A DNA stretch of 64,000 nucleotides, taken from positions 12,184 to 76,183 of the forward strand of contig JAFXCH010000011.1 of the NCBI GenBank assembly GCA_017516485.1, in the 5' to 3' direction. Of the stretch, positions 35,338 to 43,157 are shown piece after piece. Both the position numbers and the translations under genes were made by a program. The first letter of the stretch is position 1, and each line of letters opens with the position of its first letter. Under the pieces are notes generated by a model that did no database searches, was not told the DNA's origin, and saw only the letters and a program-made list of their open reading frames with translations. Source of the DNA: Clostridia bacterium. GTDB lineage: Bacteria > Bacillota > Clostridia > Oscillospirales > Acutalibacteraceae.

Positions 35338-38300
35338 ATGAAAACCGCAAAAAGAGCATTAGCTATTGTTCTGGCTGTAGCTATCATCTTGTCCGGTTGG
35401 GTATGGGCTGATCCTTTTAAAAATGTTTCAGCTGCAAACCTTACAGGCGATTCTAACTATCTTTTCGCCTACTTCACCGGCACAAGTACAGAGGGTCAGA
35501 CAATCCACCTTGCCGTATCACAAGACGGTTTAAACTATACCCCGCTTCATAATAACGATCCGGTTATTATTCCGTCAAAGGGTACAGGTAACGTCCGTGA
35601 CCCTTATCTCTGGTATAACGAGAACGACGGTTATTTCTACATCCTCGCTACCGACCTTGACTTTACAGACACAGGCAGCGACTACTCGGACAACAGTGAA
35701 AGCTTCATCGTATGGCGTTCAAAGGACCTTGTAAACTGGTACGATGAAACAATGATCGACGTCAAGGCTATTCTCGGCAGATTAGGCATAAACAATAACA
35801 ATATGCAGGCTGTATGGGCTCCTCAGGTTCTCTGGGACGGTACAGAGTTTGTTGTTTACTTCTCACTTCAGTGTGACGCAACATCAAACGGCAGCTGGAA
35901 TCCGCTTACTATTGTTTACCTTAAAACAACCGACCTTCTTGATGAGAGTAAATATCATCAGTACGGTGTAATTCACAACCCCGGTCGTCACGTTATCGAC
36001 GCTGATATTATCAAGAAGCCCGGTACAAACCAGTACTATATGTTCTATAAGGACGAATCTGCTTCAGGCGGTATTCAGTCAATCTACTATATGGTTTCCG
36101 ATAACGGTCCTACCGGACCTTACTATGCTCCCGGTAACGCTAACGACGGCAGAGGTCCTCAGCTTTTCTCGGAAATCGGCCAAAACCTTGAGGGATGTAA
36201 CTCTTTCTTTGATGACAACGGTAATCTGATTACTTATGTTGATGAATACGGTTACTGGAACTCCCTAACAAATCAGAACGAAGCTCACTTCCACGTTTCA
36301 AGCTCAAGTGACTTCAGCACGTTCACTACACTTCCCGACAGCTCACACAACATCAACGAACTTTCTCCCCGTCACGGTTCGGTTGTAAAGATTACTGACG
36401 AAGAATACAACCGTCTTCTTGCATATTCAAGCGAAATAACCTCTTCATCATTCCCCGAAACAGAAACCCTTTCAGATCATCTTGTCGGCAGATATTTCAC
36501 AACAGCAGACTACACTTATAATGCCGCAAATGGTAAAAATGACCTTACCCTTACTGACGGTACAATTTCTGCAGTAGCAGATACCTCCGGCGATTACTAT
36601 GCTCATTTTAACGCCGCCGGTGCAGAGATTAATCTGGCAAACCTTATTTCAGGCGACCTTAATATTAAGGACGGTTTTACAATTACCTTCTCCGCTTCAG
36701 CACCCACCAGTCTCGGTGCAAACTCCAGATTCTTTGATATATCAAACAACTTCTCACAGAGAACAAATCCTGCTGAATGTTATCTTCACATGTCACCCGT
36801 CGCTGAAAGCAACGGTCTTTACGTCGGCGCTTACAACGGCCCCGTAACAACCTCAAGCTGGACCTGGGCATCGCAGGGCAGAAACTACAACGACGGTGCT
36901 ATGCACGATTATATTATCAGCTTTGCAGACGGTAATTTGATGCTGTATATCGACGGTCAGCTTGCAATGAAGCGTGACCGTTACAACATGAACGCAGAAT
37001 ACGGCGACAATTTCCTTGCTGATAATTGGTATAAGGCAATCGGTAACTCGGTAATGCGTATCGGTAAGTCCGAGTGGTCTGACCCCCTGTTCACCGGTGA
37101 TATGCAGAACCTCTGTATTTATGACTGTTCGCTTTCTTATTACGACGTTCAGAAAATGCAGAAGACATTTGACGCCGAGGCAGGTAAAACAACAATTGCT
37201 AAAATTGCTGTTCCCGAAACCGTTTATATGACACCCTCAACAGGTGCTTCTACCACAGGTCAGTATTATGTAAATAACAGAATACATGACGGCTCCAACG
37301 AGGTATCTCTTGAGGTAAACCCGGCTCAGACAAAAGGTGTTATAGAGTTTTATATTCCCGGTGCTAAACAATTTAAAATTGAAGTAACTACAAGAACATC
37401 CGGTATCGGTGATATTGTGCTTGCAGAAGCCGGTGCAACATCCGGTTCATATGAAAACACTGCATTCGATGCAGAGGCAAACGGTTATTTCTCTTATGAA
37501 TCAATCGGCTTTTATATCAGCGGCACAGGTATAACTCCCGGTAACACTGCTCTTGCGGAGTGGAAATTTACCGCTATAATGCAAGACGGTTCACAGACGA
37601 CACACTACGCATATACAACACTTTATGCGCCGTATCTTAATCCCGTCGGTTCTGCTGTTCGTCTTAAGAGCCGTTATTATAATGATAATGGCTTGTATGC
37701 ATCGTCTATGGCTTGGGTTTCCGGTGTTCATGGCTTTACTAACGATCCGGCAGCCAATTATTATGCCCGTACAGATAATATGGTTCCTCTTTTGACCGGA
37801 GGAGCAATCGGAACAGGTAATAATGCAAATAATCCTCATGAACATTGGATATCTGAAAGTGCCGGCAGCAATACCTTATCTACTGCATCATTCAGATATC
37901 TTAATATTGATGGCTCGAGTGGTAAACTTGGTGCAATCGGTGTTTACCGAAGCCCCGTTGCAAACCTGACAATTGATACAAGCCGATACAGCAATTTCAA
38001 TCAGATTCCTAACCTTACCGTTGGTTTTAACTACACTGATAACGAAAATGCAGGCGAAAGCCATTGGTATGTGTCCGACTATACAGACGGCAACATGAAC
38101 TATATGGAAGACTATTCTAAGGTTGATAACCGTAATAATGTCAATACCGAGGCTGGACATTATTATAATGAAGACAGTGATGTACCAAATAATATTATTT
38201 CGAATAACGGTCTTCTTGCTGCTCAGGTATCTACCGGTGCGGAACATAATGCAAAATGGGACAGACCCGTTAAACCCGGTACTACAAACCAGTATATATT

Positions 38301-41100
38301 CAAGAGCGGTGCATATTCATATCGTGAATACACGACTTGGGGTATAAAATATCAAAGTGTTGGATACAGCGTCAATTATGTTCTTGTTAACGGTACAAAC
38401 GTTGACAAAACAGAGTTGCGTAACCTTGTTCTTAAATCAACATTCTTCAACCAGAGTGACTACACTTCTGCTTCATGGAGTAATTTCCAGACAGCACTTC
38501 AGAATGCTGCTTCAGCTCTCGGTACTCCCGCAAACGCAGACGTTTCAACAAAAACAGCTCTTGAGAATGCAATAAATGCACTCCAGACAACCGTTACACT
38601 CAACGCAAACGGCGGTACAATCAACGGTAGTACAACAACAACAGTTGCTGTAACTGTTGGTGCAGAGACAAATATAGATTACGATGTTTCCTCTTATACT
38701 CCTGTTCGTGAAGGTTATATCTTCGTGGGTTGGTCTACATCAAATAAAGCCACAACAGGTTCAAAATCAACTGTAACCGCAGGTCTTATGCCCACACTCT
38801 ATGCTGTATGGGAAAAATTGATTACCGTAACCTTCGATAACCTTATCAATTTCAGAGAATGGAACAAGGCAGCCGGAAACGGTACTGTTACTAACATAAC
38901 GAATACCGGCTTCACAATCACCTGTAATGAAGGTGCAGGCGAGGCTACTTCATCCTCACCCTATTTCGACGTAACGCCCGGCAAGCAGTACAAGATTGAC
39001 ATTGACGTTACGAAAGGCGATGGCTGGGACGTTTACATCTTCTTCTGCGATGCAGACGGCAACTGGATTGATTTTGCCGACAGCACAAACAGATATTCTT
39101 CAAACGGTCACGGTCCTGTAGACCGTGTATTTACCGCACCGAACAAGTCCGAGGTTGTTAAAGCACAGATTCGTGTTGACTCAAACGGCAGCAACAACAC
39201 TGTGAGATTCGAAAATATCAGAGTTTACGAAATAGGCGTGTTTGAGGCAGAAGGCGTTGAATACTGCCCTGACAAAACTTTCAAGGCCGATACAGCTTAC
39301 AGTAATATGCTTCCCGCACCGACAAAACCCGGCTACACATTTGTCGGCTGGTTTGACGGCGACAACTACGTAAACGCAGACTCTATGGTGCGTAATGCGG
39401 ACAGTGCAGTAGTCAACCTTATGTCACGTTGGATTAAGGACGCTGTAATTGCTGTCGACTTCGAGACTCCGATTACGTTCACTCCTGAAGCTAAGAACGT
39501 AACCGAAGCAGGCTCGGTTACCGATTCTGCATACGGTAGCTTTACTGCCAACGGTGCAGCAATCACCTTCACGCCCGATAAAATTTTCTCCGAACCCGAA
39601 AACCTTACCTACCAAGCAACAGCCAGCGGCGTAACAGTTAAGCCCAAGCTTACAATCGTTCCCGCTTCAAACGTTCTTTATGAAGATAAGTACTTTGAAT
39701 TTGACAACAACCCAACCGGTGTAGAGTGGGCCAACGTCAAGTCGAGTGCTACAGGCACAGCCGGCTCAGGTGACGACAGCGTTTACGGCTACGATTCAAG
39801 CTATGCTGTACAGAACAACTACTCTGCAGGCACAGCTAAAGAAGTATACGTTGACAGCACAAACAAGCGTTCACAGATTCTTGCTATGGACTTTGTCGGC
39901 ACAGGATTCTCACTCTACGGTGTCTGCGGACCTGAAACAGGCGTTCAGCTTGTTACAATCTGCGATGAAAACGGCAAGGCTGTTAAGGTATATATAATTG
40001 ATACTTATTATTCAGAGGAATTGCTTTATCAGGTTCCCGTTCTTACTCACACAGGTCTTACACACGGTAAGTGGACAGTTAAGGTTGCTGCAAACTACAT
40101 TACAACAGCCGGCGCTGTTCAGAACTTCAATATTTCTCAGCAGAGTGTTGAAGGTCTTGAGGACGTAACAACTTACTCAACAAATTACGTTTCCGATGAG
40201 CTTCTTGCAGAGCTTGGCATCACAGCCGAAGATGTTGAAGTAGTATGGTTCGATGAGAACTCCGTACTTAACGGCGGTACAGGTGCAACAGCTCCTGCTT
40301 TCAACATCGGCCTTATGTCCGAATCAACAGGAACTGAAGCAACTCTCAGCCTTCTCTCCGTCATCGATGGTATCAGAGTATTCGAGCCTCTCGGTGACGA
40401 AGGCTACGATTATTACAACGACAACGAGAAGGGCGCTAAGTACTATAACGTAATTGCTAACCTTGCTGATGGCAACGGTATTGTAGGATCTGCAGACAAC
40501 AAGATTTTTGCTTACGTATTCGGCGACAGCGAAAACAAATCTGTTACCTTCGCTGATTATGACGCAAAGGGTGCTAAGGATGAGCTTTACCTCATGGGCG
40601 GCACAAATAATGCTCTGGCATTCACTCTTAACCAGGGTAATAAGGTTATGATAAGCCTTCGTTCTGCTGACGGCACTCCGCTCACAGTTAATGTTAACGG
40701 CAAGAAAACTATTACAGTCACCGGTCAGACCGAAATGTTCTATGACATTTCAGATGCTATGAGTGCTGACGGAAGCGTTGCAATAACAAATCAGACAGCA
40801 GGTAAGCTTCTTGCTGTAGTTTACATTAAGGTTGTTGGCGCTGTGCCCGCACCTATAGCGAATATCGACCTCAACTCTGTTGCAATGCTGATGTTCGCTC
40901 CCGCTCCCACACCTGATGTTGATGAGCCCGATGAACCCACAACAGGTGACGAACCCACAACAGGTGACGAACCCACAACAGGTGACGAGCCCACAACAGG
41001 TGACGGAACTTATAATTGCATATTCTGGCAATTCCTTGTTCAGATCTTTAGATTTATAATGAACACATTCAACAGCTTCTTTGCTATGCTTGTTAATTAA
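35338..41100 (+). CDS. giant secreted multidomain protein: GH43-like beta-propeller, LamG/concanavalin-like, FIVAR, Listeria-Bacteroides (Flg_new) repeats, EPTTGD x4 tail
   Basis: 1920-aa uninterrupted ORF with RBS GGAGG. Signal peptide MKTAKRALAIVLAVAIILSGWVWA. GH43-like motifs: NVRDPYLW, YFYILATD, VWAPQV. LamG-like: GFTITFSA...MHDYIISFADGNLMLYIDG. FIVAR-like: DYTSASWSNFQTALQNA. Flg_new-like: VTLNANGGTING...REGYIFVGW and KPGYTFVGWF. Confidence 0.85.
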   Translation: MKTAKRALAIVLAVAIILSGWVWADPFKNVSAANLTGDSNYLFAYFTGTSTEGQTIHLAVSQDGLNYTPLHNNDPVIIPSKGTGNVRDPYLWYNENDGYFYILATDLDFTDTGSDYSDNSESFIVWRSKDLVNWYDETMIDVKAILGRLGINNNNMQAVWAPQVLWDGTEFVVYFSLQCDATSNGSWNPLTIVYLKTTDLLDESKYHQYGVIHNPGRHVIDADIIKKPGTNQYYMFYKDESASGGIQSIYYMVSDNGPTGPYYAPGNANDGRGPQLFSEIGQNLEGCNSFFDDNGNLITYVDEYGYWNSLTNQNEAHFHVSSSSDFSTFTTLPDSSHNINELSPRHGSVVKITDEEYNRLLAYSSEITSSSFPETETLSDHLVGRYFTTADYTYNAANGKNDLTLTDGTISAVADTSGDYYAHFNAAGAEINLANLISGDLNIKDGFTITFSASAPTSLGANSRFFDISNNFSQRTNPAECYLHMSPVAESNGLYVGAYNGPVTTSSWTWASQGRNYNDGAMHDYIISFADGNLMLYIDGQLAMKRDRYNMNAEYGDNFLADNWYKAIGNSVMRIGKSEWSDPLFTGDMQNLCIYDCSLSYYDVQKMQKTFDAEAGKTTIAKIAVPETVYMTPSTGASTTGQYYVNNRIHDGSNEVSLEVNPAQTKGVIEFYIPGAKQFKIEVTTRTSGIGDIVLAEAGATSGSYENTAFDAEANGYFSYESIGFYISGTGITPGNTALAEWKFTAIMQDGSQTTHYAYTTLYAPYLNPVGSAVRLKSRYYNDNGLYASSMAWVSGVHGFTNDPAANYYARTDNMVPLLTGGAIGTGNNANNPHEHWISESAGSNTLSTASFRYLNIDGSSGKLGAIGVYRSPVANLTIDTSRYSNFNQIPNLTVGFNYTDNENAGESHWYVSDYTDGNMNYMEDYSKVDNRNNVNTEAGHYYNEDSDVPNNIISNNGLLAAQVSTGAEHNAKWDRPVKPGTTNQYIFKSGAYSYREYTTWGIKYQSVGYSVNYVLVNGTNVDKTELRNLVLKSTFFNQSDYTSASWSNFQTALQNAASALGTPANADVSTKTALENAINALQTTVTLNANGGTINGSTTTTVAVTVGAETNIDYDVSSYTPVREGYIFVGWSTSNKATTGSKSTVTAGLMPTLYAVWEKLITVTFDNLINFREWNKAAGNGTVTNITNTGFTITCNEGAGEATSSSPYFDVTPGKQYKIDIDVTKGDGWDVYIFFCDADGNWIDFADSTNRYSSNGHGPVDRVFTAPNKSEVVKAQIRVDSNGSNNTVRFENIRVYEIGVFEAEGVEYCPDKTFKADTAYSNMLPAPTKPGYTFVGWFDGDNYVNADSMVRNADSAVVNLMSRWIKDAVIAVDFETPITFTPEAKNVTEAGSVTDSAYGSFTANGAAITFTPDKIFSEPENLTYQATASGVTVKPKLTIVPASNVLYEDKYFEFDNNPTGVEWANVKSSATGTAGSGDDSVYGYDSSYAVQNNYSAGTAKEVYVDSTNKRSQILAMDFVGTGFSLYGVCGPETGVQLVTICDENGKAVKVYIIDTYYSEELLYQVPVLTHTGLTHGKWTVKVAANYITTAGAVQNFNISQQSVEGLEDVTTYSTNYVSDELLAELGITAEDVEVVWFDENSVLNGGTGATAPAFNIGLMSESTGTEATLSLLSVIDGIRVFEPLGDEGYDYYNDNEKGAKYYNVIANLADGNGIVGSADNKIFAYVFGDSENKSVTFADYDAKGAKDELYLMGGTNNALAFTLNQGNKVMISLRSADGTPLTVNVNGKKTITVTGQTEMFYDISDAMSADGSVAITNQTAGKLLAVVYIKVVGAVPAPIANIDLNSVAMLMFAPAPTPDVDEPDEPTTGDEPTTGDEPTTGDEPTTGDGTYNCIFWQFLVQIFRFIMNTFNSFFAMLVN
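40933..41004 (+). repeat. four tandem 18-nt repeats encoding EPTTGD
   Basis: GAACCCACAACAGGTGAC occurs three times, then GAGCCCACAACAGGTGAC once. Confidence 0.95.
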
Positions 41101-41115
41101 GAAAGGATTAATATA

Positions 41116-41361
41116 ATGAATAAATATACTAAACCTACTCTTTCGCTTCTTGCTGTTGCAACCAATACCGGTTCTACTTCAAGTTGTGCAACAGGTACTG
41201 TAGAAGCAAAAGAAGTTCTTGAAATGCTTGGAATGATGGGCGTTCCTAAAGAAAATGCTTTCAATTCTAATGAAAATTGCGCATTCCCTGTAGATGGTGT
41301 TGATTCTGGATTTGTAAACTATTGTAAATTCTCAGGCGCCGTTCAGGTTTTCTACTCATAA
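41116..41361 (+). CDS. 81-aa hypothetical small protein (3 Cys, C-terminal Ser); candidate modified peptide
   Basis: ATG lies 15 nt after the giant gene's stop and is preceded by GAAAGGA. A terminator follows. Sequence: MNKYTKPTLSLLAVATNTGSTSSCATGTVEAKEVLEMLGMMGVPKENAFNSNENCAFPVDGVDSGFVNYCKFSGAVQVFYS. Confidence 0.55.
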   Translation: MNKYTKPTLSLLAVATNTGSTSSCATGTVEAKEVLEMLGMMGVPKENAFNSNENCAFPVDGVDSGFVNYCKFSGAVQVFYS

Positions 41362-41377
41362 TACTCAACCAATTAAA

Positions 41378-41413
41378 AGAGCTGTCTGCTAACGCAGGCG
41401 GCTCTTTTCTTTT
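41378..41413 (+). terminator. rho-independent terminator ending the giant-protein operon
   Basis: AGAGCTGTCTGC-TAAC-GCAGGCGGCTCT (imperfect) followed by TTTTCTTTTC. Confidence 0.6.
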
Positions 41414-41589
41414 CTCCGGATTTTATTTTAGTTAGCATACAAAATCATTACGGCAATACTTCTTTTCTCTTGGAATCTTTTTGCCATATAATAAGGAAAA
41501 TAATAAAAATATATAATAATATGTTGACTTGATATTGCTATTTATAGTATTATATATTATGTATAATTGTGTACTGGTGGAGGTGTACC

Positions 41590-42315
41590 ATGGTCGATAT
41601 TCACTGTCATATTCTGCCCGGTCTTGACGACGGTTCAGACAACATCGAAGAGTCTGTTCGTATGGCACGGCTTGCAGCCGACGGCGGAACAACGGCCATA
41701 ATCGTTACACCTCACAGCAACATTCCCGACTCGTTTCAGAACTACTGCGGTGAGCAGTATATTGAAGCGTTTACGAGGTTTGAAAGCAGACTCAGGGACG
41801 AAAATATTCCCCTCAGAATATACCCCGGTCACGAAATTTTTGCTTCGGGCGATATTGCCTCGCTGATAAAAGAACGCAAGCTGTTTACGCTCTGCAATTC
41901 AGATTATCTGCTGATTGAATTTGCTTTCAGGGAATCTCCGGAAACCGCCTACCGCAAACTCCGCGAGCTTGTGTCAGAAGGTTTTGTTCCCGTTGTAGCA
42001 CACCCCGAGAGATATGCGTTTGTAGCGGATGACGATTATGCGCCGCTCAGAATGAAGGATATGGGTTGCCTGATTCAGGTCAATAAGGGCAGCCTCAAGG
42101 GAAGCTTCGGCAGGAGCGCATATATGATTTCACACAGCTTAATCAGACACCGTTTTGCTGATTTTGTTGCAAGCGATGCTCACAGCCCGTATATGCGTAC
42201 CCCGTATCTCGCCGATGCGCACAGTATTATCACCGATATCACTTCGGCTGATTATGCCGACCGTGTACTCAATGTTAACCCGAGTAAAATTCTTAAAAAT
42301 GAAAAAATTATATAA
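41590..42315 (+). CDS. PHP-family protein-tyrosine phosphatase CpsB/Wzh-like
   Basis: MVDIHCHILPGLDDGS motif. ATG at 41590 follows GGAGG. About 241 aa. Confidence 0.85.
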   Translation: MVDIHCHILPGLDDGSDNIEESVRMARLAADGGTTAIIVTPHSNIPDSFQNYCGEQYIEAFTRFESRLRDENIPLRIYPGHEIFASGDIASLIKERKLFTLCNSDYLLIEFAFRESPETAYRKLRELVSEGFVPVVAHPERYAFVADDDYAPLRMKDMGCLIQVNKGSLKGSFGRSAYMISHSLIRHRFADFVASDAHSPYMRTPYLADAHSIITDITSADYADRVLNVNPSKILKNEKII

Positions 42316-42331
42316 CTTCAAGGTGAATTAA

Positions 42332-43150
42332 ATGAAACCGTTCAGAATTATTGTTACAGTCTTATTCGTTGTTGTTTCAATTGTTTCGGCCGCTATATTC
42401 GTAGTGGAAAAGCTTGAAACCGACAAAACAATACCGCAGATTACAATTGAAGAGGAAATGATAAAGGTCAGCCTTAATGCAACCGATGAGGAGCTTCTCC
42501 GCGGTGTTACGGCTTATGACGAAAAGGACGAGGATCTGACCGATAAAATAATAGTTGAATCTGTTTCAGGTTTTATCCGTAAAGGCGTAAGCAAGGTTAC
42601 ATATGCAGTTTGCGACAGTGACAATAATACTGCCAAAGCTACGAGACTGATTCAGTACGAAGGCTATGAATCGCCCAAGTTCAAGGTTAACGGTAATCTC
42701 TGCTTCTCTCTTTTTGAGCATATCGATATCAGAGAGCTTGTCAGCGCTATCGACAGCCTCGAGGGTGACATCAGCTCAAAGATAGTGGTTACATCCGACG
42801 ACTATTCGTCTTCTATCAGCGGTGCTTTTTCGCTCAACGTTTCGGTTACAAACCAGAAGGGTGACTCTTCAACAATAACACTGCCGCTTATCGTTGAGGA
42901 CCGTCCGCTTTCAGTACCGAAGATAGAGCTTTCTGAATATCTCGTTTACGTCTCCAAGGGAGAACAACTCGATTTCAACTCATATGTCGTTGACGTAGTT
43001 GATTCTAACGAGCAAAGTATTGACGCCAACGTTACCGTTGAGTCAACCGTAGATTTCAGAACTCCCGGCACATATCACGTTCACTATTATGCAACAGACA
43101 GTCTCGGTCTCAGGGGACACAGCGTGCTGACAGTTATTGTTGAGGAATGA
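42332..43150 (+). CDS. membrane-anchored protein with Ig-like (DUF5011-type) domains
   Basis: N-terminal TM helix. Repeated beta-rich modules ending TPGTYHVHYYATDSLGLRGHSVLTVIV. Confidence 0.5.
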   Translation: MKPFRIIVTVLFVVVSIVSAAIFVVEKLETDKTIPQITIEEEMIKVSLNATDEELLRGVTAYDEKDEDLTDKIIVESVSGFIRKGVSKVTYAVCDSDNNTAKATRLIQYEGYESPKFKVNGNLCFSLFEHIDIRELVSAIDSLEGDISSKIVVTSDDYSSSISGAFSLNVSVTNQKGDSSTITLPLIVEDRPLSVPKIELSEYLVYVSKGEQLDFNSYVVDVVDSNEQSIDANVTVESTVDFRTPGTYHVHYYATDSLGLRGHSVLTVIVEE

Positions 43151-43157
43151 TTAACTT

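Noticed and set aside
40750-41031. A 93-aa minus-strand ORF rich in Cys (VTCCGF x4). It looks superficially like a Cys-rich RiPP precursor near a radical SAM gene.
   Set aside because: It lies entirely antisense within the uninterrupted 1920-aa ORF. Its Cys repeats are simply the reverse-complement reading of the EPTTGD 18-nt repeats. It has no RBS.
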